NCBI RefSeq assembly: GCF_018350175.1
Contig: NC_058368.1
Coordinates: 227,480,001 to 227,544,000, forward strand
Length of the DNA: 64,000 bases
Source of the DNA: Felis catus
Lineage: Eukaryota
Reading direction: 5' to 3'
Below are positions 50,006-62,291 of this stretch, one piece after another. Position 1 is the first letter of the stretch; each line of letters starts with the position of its first letter. The position numbers and the translations under genes are program-made. The notes under the pieces are model-generated. The model was not told the DNA's origin, did no database searches, and worked only from the letters and a program-made list of their open reading frames with translations.

Positions 50006-50899
50006 TCATAAATTGATTTTTTAACAGCAGTTGATTAGATATGTTGCTAAAATGTGGTTTACAACTTCCATTTAACTTGAATGGGATTCAGCCTTGACCG
50101 GAATCTCTTAAGAAATTCAACTTATTTTACTGTTAACAATAACCGCAGGCAGACACATCGAGCTTGCTACATCTTTGGTTACACAATTAACTGTAAAAGC
50201 CGTTGCTTTTAATGGAATCAACACCCAAAAAGTATCAACGTAGATATATTTACAACGCTGAAAGAACAGTAGTATCTTATGGTATAAAAACAGCTTTCTG
50301 CTGAGTTGAGTTTACAAATATGATTATGCCCTGAACTTCAATGCCAGGGATAAGCCTGGAGATGGCCTTGATCCAGTGTGGATGGCACTGGTTTTGTCAT
50401 GGCTCCACAGTGCACAGCAACTTCTGGGCAATGACGATAGTGCTGTATTTCTTCCGTGAAAAGTATAAGTAGGTGGCCTGGTGCTGTGACAGAGCAGCCC
50501 CGAACCCAGGTGGATCCAGGTTGGATCTGAAGCCACAGCTGGCCACGCTGACTTTTTCCACCACTGACGCTCTCCTGTTTCTGCAGGGATATCCACTTTT
50601 GTAAATCATTAAGGGCAAGATCCCCAAAAATAAACGCAGTGGTTGGCTAAAATAATTTCAAAACTTAACCGTAAAAAAAGATGACTATGTCAAAGATGCA
50701 TTCTGTGAAAAAGGCATTTAAAGGTGAATACAGATTAAGATAATTGGCTAAATTTCACTTTTCACAAACTTAGTTTTCTTGGGGGGGGGGTGTCAAATGT
50801 TTTTAAAGTTTTTGAGAAGTTATTGGTGTACATGTTTGATACTCCCTTGACAACTCTTGGTGTCTGATAATAGGTCATTAAATCTCTGAAAACACAGAC

Positions 50900-50966
50900 C
50901 TCAACCACACAGCCGAGGTCCCGCACATAGTCACGCTCTGTCTCCACTAGTTCTTGCAAAACATAG
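50900..50966 (-). CDS. TRIO: TRIO exon ~39, start of DH2 (YVLQELVETERDYVRDLGCVVE)
   Basis: ELVETERDYVRDL DH conserved region 1; acceptor ttccAG, donor GTctgt; 67 nt. Confidence 0.95.
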
Positions 50967-51815
50967 CTGGAAAGAGAGAGAAAAACAAGTGTTAGGACCC
51001 CAACTCTTCATTTTCTAAATGAATTCTTTAGCCCTTTGCTTTTGTCAGGTCAGACTCCTGCTGGGACTGGGTCTGTAATGTATCAAATTTACACAATTGG
51101 GTCTCTAATTCTTGAATGTCCCAAATCACTTACAGGTTCAGGTACTTGACCCATGACAGCTGTGGACTCTGATCACATATACAGACAATAAAGAGAGGCT
51201 TAGACATAAATTTGTCATAAAGGCACAACGTTAAAGGAAGCAAGTTTGTTTTGTTTTGAAACAATTATTTTAAGCTTCACTGGACATGTAAGAAAAAATT
51301 TTAACTCAGATATTTAAAGCTTTGGGTCTGACCACTCATAACTGTTTAAGGCCTCTCCGATAAGAGGAGACAATCAGTTGCTCTGAAAAGCAAACCACCT
51401 CGGCTGGCCTTGAAAAGGTCTGTTGGTCTGTTCATTCGACCAGCACTGAGTGGGCATCTCGTACCAGATACAGACTGCTGGGAGAGAGCACTCAATAAAA
51501 TCCAGTATCTGCCCTCACGCAGCATACAAGTTTTCCCTCTTCTCCAAAGGCAAGTTTAAACCTTTTGTAATGTTTTTCAGGACTCTTTTTACCGTAAGCA
51601 GCTTTACTGGAACTGAGACACTATCAGGAAGGTGTGTTTGAAAAATATTCAAGTGTTTTGAATCCGATTACATCTGATTTTATGTTGCTTTCTTTTCCTT
51701 CACAACTATACATATGATAGAAAGCACAGCACTTTCCCCCCAGAAGTGACAGGAGACATGCGTGTATCATTTATAAATAAAGTACAACATGCAAATAACA
51801 AAAACTAGAGCTATA

Positions 51816-51965
51816 GGGGCACCTGGCTGGCTCAGTTGGAAGAATGTGTGACTCTTAATCTCGGGGTTGTGGGCTCAAGCCTGATGCTGGGCATACAGCT
51901 TATAAAACAAAACAAACGAACAAACATTTTTCCAAACTCTAAGAAAAACAAACAAACAAACAAAC
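51816..51965 (+). mobile_element. Short Can-SINE variant with (CAAA)n tail
   Basis: tRNA-like head with no CT segment. Confidence 0.75.
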
Positions 51966-52156
51966 CACAAACACCTGCAGCTAAGGCTTACTGCACCCTT
52001 AAGAGGTTCTGAGAGAATTTCAAACATATACACAATTATTCAAAGAGAGACCCTGGATCTCCTGGTTGCCCTGATTCAGAGATGAACCCCAGTCACATTT
52101 TTGAAGGCGACAAAGACCAGAGCACAGCCGACAGTGACACTGGAAACATCTCTTAC

Positions 52157-52305
52157 TGCCGTCTCTTTAAGGAGCTGGATTTCCTTTCCTCCATCTCATC
52201 AATGGGCGAAGAGGAGGAGAGAAGGGAGTTGTCGGAAGGGTTGAAGGAGGGGCTGCTACTGTCTCCCTGGTCAACAAGGAGTGAGCTGGGCCGGTCCTCC
52301 AGAGC
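52157..52305 (-). CDS. TRIO: TRIO exon ~38 ([10 protein letters not shown]...SSSLKRRH)
   Basis: acceptor tttcAG, donor GTaaga; 149 nt, phase 0 to 2. Confidence 0.95.
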
Positions 52306-55300
52306 CTGAAAGAAAACCAGACCACCAGTCATGTTTCCAGCCTACAGTCCACGAGGCTGAAATTAGGATCGGAAAATCTCATAAACCAGAAAATACAGAA
52401 AGCCAGACTATAAAATGAGAAGATCCACATTTGTGATATTACACGGTATTTGGTAACAAAACCCCCCACTATTAATGCCAATATGGAGCAAGAGGAGCTG
52501 GGTAAATAAGTCAGAACAAAGAGGACAGTGAATTTATATGCATTAATACATTCTATTCTTTGTCACCAAATAATTAGAAATGATACAACTTGTGTACAGC
52601 AGAGCATTGCACCCATCTCTGGATGTATCACGAATTTCGAACGTAGCCATTGTCTTCTCGGTTATATTCCTGTCCAGTGCGTGGAAACTCCTCCGTCAGG
52701 CCAGCCGACCCCAGGCACATCACCGGGGTCCCTTAGTGGTGGCTACATGGCAATGTCAGCGTTCTGCGTTAAAGAACGTGGGCTTTGTTTCTTCGTTATC
52801 CACGAAGCCTTGACTCCCGCGTCAGTGCACACAGATCGCCCAGTGAAACGGATCTCTGTTTCTGGACACTTGCGACCTCCCTCCTCCTGGGCAGCAGCAG
52901 CCGTCATGCTGTCTCGATGACGCATCCTAGACTCTCACTCCCCACTGGATTTTGGTTTTCACGAGTGACTGTTTTCAGTGTCGTATGCCCTGCGGAACCT
53001 CGAACAGAGCTCTGCGGTGTGGTCAACACATCTGACTCGGAAGTGGACTTCTGCCCCTGGATTAATGTGACAATGATTAGTGGCTGATTGCTTTCTCGTT
53101 GGTACATATTAACTGTGCTTCTTACCCTGAATTCCTAAAGCTCCTAGGGGTATGGGTTACGGTTCTTTTAAAATTTCCAAAGCACCCAATTGGAGATGCA
53201 GAGACGATCAAGGGGCAGTTTACCAACTGAACTGGGAAAGTGTGATTAGCTTATCTTCAAACAAAAAGTTGAATACAAACTTCAGGACATTTAATATTTC
53301 CTATCAAATTAAAACCTCCAATGCTCGTCCAATTTTCTCCCCTTGAGGGTAGCAGACCAGTGCGGGCTTTGTCACTAAGCACAGCTCTAAGGACACAAAG
53401 TCAGTCCATGTAATTTTGTTCACCAAACCCACGGAGCTGTGGAAACATACCAACTGCTGTGCTTATTTGTGATAAACCATCAAGGAACGGGGCTTGATGA
53501 GAAAACAGCACTCTTATTTTTAAGTAAATAGTTATTGACCTTTACTGGAAGCCAGCACTCTGCGGGAAACAGCAGGGCTTTGCTCTGTGCTCATGGATCA
53601 CGGCGACAGGGGTCTGGAGGAGGACGGGGTGCTTCGCACTGTCTCCCGTCTAGGTCTGCAAGGAAACAGCTGATGCTCGTTGGATTCAATTCTTCTCCTT
53701 TCAATGGTGATAAAAAAGAAAGAAAACCAAGAAGATGTCTGTAGATGTCCCTTCAAACAGAGCTGCAAGCAGGGTGCTTCACTGGGGTCTGTGAAGCTCT
53801 GGTCTCCGGCCGGCAGAGCGGCTGTCTGGACCCCAAGGGACAGAGGTGCCGGGCATGAACCCAGCTGGGCAGCCGGAGAGGGTGCAGACGCCCTGGCGGA
53901 CGCGATGGTGGTTTGGTGTTCCTGCCCGCCGGCTCTCACACAGGCGGCGTGACCAGGGAAAGGCCACCACGGGACTGAAACTCTGGGACGTCACAGAGTC
54001 GGATGGATTACCTATCTGCGAAGCACTACGGGTTTGGTGGTGTATTATGGGCAGGTTCCCTCTGTTCCTTAGATGCAGGCAGGTCTGCACAGACAATCCA
54101 TCTCCTCTAAGGTTAGTTTTGATAAATTTCCAGGTTGTGAAATTGACTTTCAAAGAGCTTAACAGAAGGTGTTATGGTTATTTTAATTTCCTTAGTTTGC
54201 CACTTCCATATAATTCCATGTTTTGTGGATTTGTGCCTCCTCTGTATTTTCTTGAGAAGGTTACCTGATGTTTATTACTTCCTGAAAGAACACGTTTTTG
54301 GTTTTATTTATTCTACTGTTTTTCTGTTTTCCAACTCATTAATTTCTCTTGCTCTTCTAGTATTCTTGAGGTAGATGTTTATTTCACTTATTTTCATTCT
54401 TTCTCAGATCTCCCTTTATATTTTAATCGACGAAGAAAAGAAAACCCCAGGGTCAAGTTCAAACAGTCGCTGTGGCTGTTGGCCACTGCTGCCCTACTGC
54501 CAACGATGTGCAGGCAAGACGCATCCTCTTCCAAGTCCTGGTAGGATCAGGAATGTGGGGATGAGAGAGAGGCCGAAATCCCAGGAAATAGTTTTCAGGG
54601 TAGTTTTTATTTTTCCGACAGACTCAGCAGGTTTTAGGGTTAGGTTCAGGTGCCTGAACGTCACACTGCACAAGAGCTGAACAGCTTCTTCCCAGTCCAG
54701 TTAAGCTAACATGTAGCTTTTGAAGGGTAACTGATTCAGTGTGCAAATTCTACTACCAAGGCGCTACAGCCTGAGAGGTCACCCATAAGAAAACGGGGGC
54801 AGATGACTATGCATCTCTGGCATGTGATAAATGTGCAGGGGGAGCTCAGGGTCACGTGAGAGGGCAGGCTAAAGGGTATTAACATGATTCAGAGTTTTCA
54901 TTGACAAAAAGCAGTTCTCGTTTGACATCAGAGGATTAGTGACAGGAAACCAACACACAGCAATGTGTCCCTTGAGTCAGAAAAAGAGGGCAGGATCTAG
55001 ATTACATTCCATGGACAATGAAGAGGGGGTGAGTCCATCCCAAACAGCATAAATACGGTCCTTCCACCAGGGAAAGGGCAGGCATTAGTGACTCTGCCCA
55101 TGTGGATGGGACCTTGCTAGCAGCGTAGCAGCAAACAGCACTTGTACCGAGCGTAGAGCTAAAAGACACAGGCTCAGAGAGCCTAAGCGTAAGCAGCAGT
55201 GTTTGAACACAAGTCTACCTGACTCCAAAACCTACGCCCTTTCCACGACGCCAAGAGCTTTAGGCCTGTTAACTGAAGGAGAAACGTAAGTGAGTAGAAA

Positions 55301-57139
55301 GAACTTAGTTTCGACTGGTAAAGTTCAATGCCTTAAAACTGAGAATAAGGAATAAAGCAGTAAGAGCTGAACGAAACCGTGTCGTAGAACTCCTCTGCAC
55401 TGGAAGCGCATCTGAATTAATCAGAAACCAATCTCTGTCCACTTAAAATGGAATGCGATGTCAGTACTTGCACAATGATGGCCTGGCAGGGTGACAAAGA
55501 GTTGCCTCAGAGCATTGCTTGGGAAAACTATTTCAATTATTAGACAAGAATAATTTTAATGATCATATAACTGAGGAGTATAAATGTTTTAAAAATGTTT
55601 AAGGGTGTTTGAAAGCTCACTGGGTACAACTTAAGTACCCTTTGTTTAGACCATCAATCGAGTTGTCTCAAAGAGACAGCCAGGATGTGCTTTAGCGCAG
55701 TTCAAACTGCAATGATCCCAAATTCTTGACCAGTAGGGTCAAGTTCTTGGGTTATCTACCAAGTACTAGCAACCTTCGTAACTTCCAAGCCCATCATGTC
55801 ACTTTCAGAACATGACTGCCTGAGAAGAAATTCCAGTGATGGTGGAGTGAGACAGTCTGGAGTTTTTCTTGACAGAATCCCCACTTGACTGAGTCAACCA
55901 TAGTCTCATTAGTTTGGAAGTGTCTGAAGGGTCAGTGGTACCAGAGATAGGTTGACAGTTTCTTTTGTAGTCTCTGATGATTAGAATGATCAGATGATTG
56001 ATTAGAAGCTGTCTCGGGGTAGAAGAAATGGGAATGATCTAACATTACCCAGTTAATACCTGATGGAAGGAAGATAAATGTCTAAACTTAAAAAGCATAC
56101 TCTTTGATCTGGCAATTCCAACGTTGAAAATCTACCCTACAGACACAACCACGCACACATAGCCAACATGGGTGTTTACAGTAGTGCAAAACTGAAAACT
56201 TTATACACACACACATACACACGTACGTATTATTACGAGGGATGTATTTAAATAAATTATAGCATAATGAGGTCTCTGCTCCTTCGTGGCTGGTTAAGTT
56301 TTTAAACTCTGTGGCTTTAGTTTTTTCATGTGTAAAATAAAATGACAACAGTGTGTACCTACCTCATTGGACTTCCAATATGTTAATGCATACTCAGCAC
56401 TTAGAATGGGGCCTGGGTTAGAGTAAGCCCTCACGAAATGATCACTGCCATCTATACAGTGGACTACTGTGCAGCCAGTACAAAAAATGAAGTCAATCTG
56501 TATGTACTGATGTGAGAAGATCCTCAAGATATACCAAGTCTCAAAATCTTAAAAACTCCACAAATCCACTCTGAAAGAAAGAGCAGGCACAAGCATCCTG
56601 TCCCTCTCACCTCCCCGCATATGTGTGCACCTGCCGAGAAAACGTCTGCAGGGAAATCTACCAAACTGATCACAGTGGTTACCTCTGGAAGATGGACTGG
56701 TAAGAGAGGCTGGGGGCTTTTATTTTCAGAGAGGTGACGATTAAATGATGTTAAGTCACTTTACAGGAGTTGTAGGATATAGTAATGTAAATGTTGTTGC
56801 CAATAATGGTTTTTCCATCTCATAGGAAAACTGAAGAAACACAGAATTGCTTTGAATCAGTTAGAAGCAATGCACACCTATCTAACTTCAAATCAGTATT
56901 GTTGACTTTGGGGCTTTTATTAAACAAATCCATGTTGACCAACTGGAAATGCAGAGGTCACTCAGAAAATAAAGCCCTTACATAATAATGCAAGCTTTTC
57001 TCTCCTGTACACTGTAAATCCGGAAGAAAGACCTCAGAGACAGCAAAAGAAACTGTCAACCTATCTGTGGGTACCACTGAGCCTGGGCACACCGTGGACG
57101 AGTGGAGCCGACCTGACCACAGCCGTAATGGTGTTAGCA

Positions 57140-57750
57140 CTGCTATCAGTGAGGGTGCAGGAATGGATTATAATCTTGGCTCCTGGGAGGCACCTCCAAT
57201 CTCCTGGGATATCTTTCTTGACAGGAATGTTTGTTTACAGAGGGGCCTCGGGCCAAGACAGAGCATCTATGCCAACGGTATGACTCTTGCTGGGGGCTTT
57301 GGGCCACGTGGGGTCCTGCTTTCTGGAGGGGCAGGGGACAAAGGGGAGCTACGCAAGCAGTCAGTCTTGCGTACATGACTGAGCTCAAATAAACACTCTG
57401 AACACCAGGGCTCGGGTTAGCATCCCTGGCTGGCCAGACTCTCCGTGTGTGACGTGCAATGATGTCAGACACCGCTGTCAGGACAGGAGACGTCAGCACT
57501 CTGCATGACCCTACCGGGAGGGGACAGCTGGAAGCCTGAACCCTGAACCACAGCTGCACCCTGCCCCGTGTCACCTCCTCCCTGGCTGACTTGAATATGT
57601 CCTTTCACAGTATAAACCACAAATGCGGGTACAACGCCTTCTCTGAGTTCTGGAAGTCGTCCAAGCCAATGACTGAACCTGAGGGTGATGTTGGGGACCC
57701 CCAAACTGGCAGGGTGGTCAGAAGGGAGGGTGGCCTTGGGGTCTCCACCT
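57140..57750 (+). mobile_element. Old ERVL-class solo LTR (MER21/MER77-like)
   Basis: ..tctctgagttctg..actgaacctgagggtg..ggggacccccaaact.. resembles this LTR family; boundaries approximate. Confidence 0.55.
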
Positions 57751-57830
57751 GTGTAACACGCCCCAAGCACATTCAGCAGCCCCGAGAGCGGTTTCCAAAG
57801 CTCAGACTCGCTCTGTCTGGGAAACCTTAC

Positions 57831-57926
57831 CATCTTGCTCTTCACGAGTTCTTCAATCGCACTCACGAGCTCGGCCGCACTTGGCGTTTCGGAGCTGGTG
57901 GGCCGGACTAATAACCGGGAAGAGGC
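57831..57926 (-). CDS. TRIO: TRIO exon ~37 ([32 protein letters not shown])
   Basis: acceptor ccgtAG, donor GTaagg; 96 nt. Confidence 0.95.
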
Positions 57927-58070
57927 CTACGGAAGAAGTTAAGAAAAAGAAAGGGGGGAGGGGGAATGCCTCACGTTAGTCACCGGACAGACAGTAAATT
58001 CTCCTGCAAGCTCAAGCTCTTTTTCAAAGTAAGTCCAGACAAAAAGACCACAAGTTTGTCTTTGTTTGCA

Positions 58071-58076
58071 TTTATT
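58071..58076 (-). terminator. TRIO: AATAAA polyadenylation signal for the Trio8/Solo-type terminal exon
   Basis: AATAAA on minus strand followed ~20 nt later by GU/U-rich TGTGGTCTTTTTGTCT, 145 nt before the exon 37 acceptor. Confidence 0.6.
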
Positions 58077-58916
58077 TAAAGTCATCCTTTTAAATTTACA
58101 ATATTCTGACATGAAATATTAAATAAAACCTGTCTGGGATACATGTGGAAAGCAGACAAAGTCTGTTTTTAATCCTCAGTCGTGTAACATCATAATGTTT
58201 TTCAAAAGAGGTGACTGGGCACGGGGAGATTCTTACTATAACTTTGGCAACTGCCAGCAAGGCTAGTGGCTAAGCAGAAAAAAAAGTACGGAATCTGATC
58301 AATGGAAGAATGAAAGGCTTAAGTTCTAATGAGTGAATCCTTAAATAACCCAGAAAACAAAACAGGATACTAAAAATGGCTTTCCTGTGTTTATGGGGTT
58401 AAAAGAAAGAAACAAGAAAGAAAAGGAAAGGAACCAGGGTGCACTGACCAGACAGGGCAGAGGGGGACGAGCTCACCATTTTCTGTGCCATCCATTTCCC
58501 CAATGATTAGTGCAGAGTACAGAAGATCTGTGGCCTCACAAGCTACCAGATGCCATTTACGGCTAGAATCAGGGTGTACAGGGGGTGACAGTTAAGGAAT
58601 TTCAGGGAGGGACTACTGAATTCAAGTTTCAGTAATTAGCAAACACGGCGTGTTTGCAGATTACTCGTGCCATCAATTAACTGGAGACTAGAAGAGGGCA
58701 TAATATGAACCTTGCTTCATATTAAGGACAGCAGAGAAGCATGCGACACACGGCTAGCTGTCCTAACGATGCATTTCTCACAGTAGACAGTTATGGGTTT
58801 GTACATTCACAACAAGGCTTTTACATATGTGGATCCATGTATGCGCTTTGCAAAACAAATGTTGGTTTGGTCTAATGAAATCTGGAGTATGGGGTGAAGA
58901 AAACGAAGAAAAAAAT

Positions 58917-58976
58917 TCAAATGGAGAGGTAAGGAAACTGAGCCAAAACAGACACGGAACACAAATCAACATAATG
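58917..58976 (-). CDS. TRIO: TRIO alternative terminal exon, coding part (HYVDLCSVSVLAQFPYLSI*), Trio8/Solo-type short isoform
   Basis: long U-rich tract plus gcAG at 58977-8, branch-like GACTAAT at 59022-8, phase 0 matching exon 36; peptide matches my recollection of the Trio8/Solo tail. Confidence 0.85.
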   Translation of the reverse strand, partial: HYVDLCSVSVLAQFPYLSI

Positions 58977-60427
58977 CTGCAGTGAAAGTTTACAAAAAGA
59001 GAAAACAGAACAAAACAAAATATTAGTCACAAGGTAATATACTCGCTGGGAATATCACTACAGATTTTTGCAAATGAAGAGCTGCTACTGATAAAACCCA
59101 ATGAGGTAACGCAGCAACTGATACGTGATTCTAGCAAACCGAAGTATACACTGTGCAATCCACTCTCCAAATGGAGAGAAACCCTCTTCTTGGGGGAACA
59201 AGTCAACCAGGCCCTCCACCTCACTTTGGCTAACCATCAGATTTGAGAAATGTCAGTTCTGTGCTTTAAAAGAAGGTATCGCTTAGAATGCCACAAAGCA
59301 GTTTAGGAATTGTCTGAGAAGTGACGCATTCCCATTTCCTGCCGAGGCTACTCTGTGCAGGGGGTGAGGTCCTCTGTCACCTCCCCTCAGCTCCCGCAGC
59401 ACGCGGCCAGCACCTCAGATGCCCCCAAACGCCAGACTCCAACCCAAGCCACGTCCTCAGCCAAGACCCTCAGCGCCCTGACCGCGCGCTCCGAGCCACA
59501 AAGCGGGAGGAGGCGGGAGATGGCTGCCCAGGCTATGACTGCGTAGTCGGCCTCGGCCTCACACTTGTCGGTCACGGGGCCGGGGCAGAGTCCAGATCAT
59601 AAAACACAGGCAGTCCAGCAAATGACCGTGTTAGCACGGAGGAAGGAGTCAGGGAAGGAAAAAGAGGAAGAATGGGGGAAAATGATGAAAACATCTGTTT
59701 TACTCAGAAAACTTCGTTACTGCCAAAAAAGAAAAGGTCTCCGGTGATGACTTCATAGCATGGTTTTCAACACCTGCCAGTTTTGGGAAGCACACCGGGG
59801 CCAGAACGTAAGGGGACGTACAAGCCAGTTACCAGCTTTCCATTTTGATACTTTAGGGCTCTACACCTGGGATGCACAAAGTTGTCGTAGATCAGGTAAG
59901 AACTGACCAAACAAACAAAAACCCAAGATTGGTTTGAAGCCTCCACATACCCCTGAAGAGGAGACTCATGGTTGTGAACCGATTCCTAGACCCTGGCACC
60001 TATCCCTGCACCCCAGGTGACCCTTGGCACTAACGGCAGGCATGCCGGGGAGACCAACTGGACAGCAGCACCACGTCATCTGGAAAAACGCCCGTGTGCA
60101 AAAACACCTAGCAGAGAGAGCAAGATGGCCTAGTGTTCATTCAGGGCTGCGACCCCCAAGACTGCGTGAGATTTCTCTGACTCCTGTCTCAGGGACACTG
60201 GTCAGTACGGTAAAAAGAAAATAAAGTTACTTTAGAGGCAGCACTTACTGAAGCATTATTAAAAATGCAGTGAATGTGTCTGTAGGAGAAATGACACGTG
60301 CTGGCCCACTGCTTGCTCTAAACTGACTCTGGTATTCCTACGTGTGGGGTGAAAACAGGCCGCACAGCTTCCCGCCGCCTGTTCTCAGCCCTGCTGTGAT
60401 GCTGGTGCTAGGTGGCAGGGCCCGTAC

Positions 60428-60598
60428 CTTGTCGTCCTGTGAATCCGGCTGCAGCAGGCTGTGCTGTTGGATGGCCATGGGCGGGGGGAGGGGCACGGCG
60501 TCGGCGCCCTCCTCCCCTTCCTCCTCCCCGCAGCTCTGCATGCCCGACGAGGAGGACTTAGAGAGTGTGCCGCTGCTCAGGCCCTCGTTCCGGCCCCT
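60428..60598 (-). CDS. TRIO: TRIO exon ~36 ([10 protein letters not shown]...PDSQDDK)
   Basis: acceptor tttcAG, donor GTacgg; 171 nt, phase 0 to 0. Confidence 0.95.
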
Positions 60599-61998
60599 CT
60601 GAAATCAAACCAGCGTCCGCGCGTCACGTTCCAGGCCCGACTGTCAACATCAGGTCACAGACAGAGCCCTAAAGGGTGAACTGGGGGAAGTGTGGCCGGC
60701 ACAGGAACGGAGGGGACAGAAATCAGGAGCAAGCTCTTTCCACCCCCGATGGGAACTGCTTATCCCTTCCTGCACACCAGCTACCTTGCTTGCAGACTCG
60801 GACCGGAGAAGGGCCCCCGCGCGTGTCTTCTGAAGAGACCACCAACATTATCCGTTAGGCTTTGAACACATCTCATCGTCCACCACCACCCCCTCCCCGG
60901 GGACCAGTTCAAAAGCCTGAACCCTTAATAACTCTCATTCGGTTCCTCTCCTCTACTTCCATTTTGTTTCTGATAACTTGCTAGAATAAAATTCACTGAA
61001 ACTATAATGGCATGAAGACTAATACAGTTCAAAATGCTCTGGAAGAATCTGAATTTAGTCTCACATTACTTTTACTCGGCTTTCACTTTTAGAAAAGTTG
61101 TCAGTTTTATTTCTACTAAGAGGACACAGATGTAGAAAACAGACAGATGAGGACATAATAAACCACATTACTGCAGTGAAAACCCAGGGCAGAACATGCC
61201 CAGGAAAAAAGCAGCAGAAAACCCATGTCTGCAAAACAAATTAAATGATACAAATCTTATCCTATCTGTCTGCCTTTTTCTTTTTTTTGAGGGAGCTGGG
61301 TGGGGCTGGGGGTGGCGGGCCTCAGTTAAAAACTCTGAGGGCCCCTCACTGCCACCACCAGCCCGACAGCCTAGCCTGGGGGTCACGAAGGGATTCTGTT
61401 CCTTGCGGTGTAATTTAAAGCTCCCACCCCTGAATGAAAAGGGAACTTAGAAAAATTCCCGGCTGGCAGATACCCGTGTATCTGTAATGATGTGGGAACG
61501 ATCCAGTGTTTACTGGTTAGCAAAGTAAGCTCGCCCTGTGTCGGCTGGGGAGGACAGATGTTAAGCATGAACTGAGGACACCCACACCCCTCTGGCCCCT
61601 GCACGTCTAAAGCTGGGGCCCTGCCTGCGCAACGCTGCGGCCGTGGTCTAGGCCGAGCTCGGGGCCGGCCTGCACCTTCGCAGCTTGAGCGGCACCTCCT
61701 GGCTTGTCTGTGGCAGCGGGGCCAGGCGGGCTGGGTCAGCAGGGCGCCTGCTTCCCGCTGGAGCAGGCCTGGGGGGACGCTCGGAACCCTGCGCTCCTTC
61801 TCGGGAGCCACCGTGGGTCCCGACCAGGTCAACACGGAGCTGCCAGGGCCCGCCCGTCCCCACCGAATCCAGTCTGCTAACGGGGGATGGAACGAGCGGA
61901 CAGTCACAGGGACCCACGGGAAAGGGAACCGAAGGAGCGTGTTCCCACGACAAACGAGCATCCCCGCGACTCCAGGGGAAAGGCCGGGGGGCTCTGAC

Positions 61999-62291
61999 CT
62001 CTTCCACCGTCTCGTCCTGCGGGGTGGCTGCGCTGTCGTCCGAGTCCTTCTGCGAGCCGGCATCGGCGCTCTTGCGGACCTCCCGGCTCTTCTTGTGCTT
62101 GTGCGCCAGCTTCTTCACGTGCCCGTCGGCCTTGCCGCTGCTCAGCCGTCGCACCGGGCTCGTCAGCCACTTGCGCAGCGTGTTGCCCGGGCGCTTGGGG
62201 CCCGGGGAGCTCTGGGCCCCCATCATGTGGGGCTGGAGAGAGGCCACGGAGGCGGGCGGGCTGGCATCGTTACTGGAGACGGACAGCGAGT
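61999..62291 (-). CDS. TRIO: TRIO exon ~35 ([13 protein letters not shown]...QDETVEE), linker after first SH3
   Basis: acceptor cccttcAG at 62292-3, donor GTcaga at 61997-8; 293 nt, phase 1 to 0. Confidence 0.95.

Noticed and set aside
2190..56430. Scattered MIR, L2 and MLT1-like fragments (e.g. 2190-2290, 25860-26160, 38960-39100, 48810-48990)
   Set aside because: Too degraded to bound or classify by eye; ordinary background
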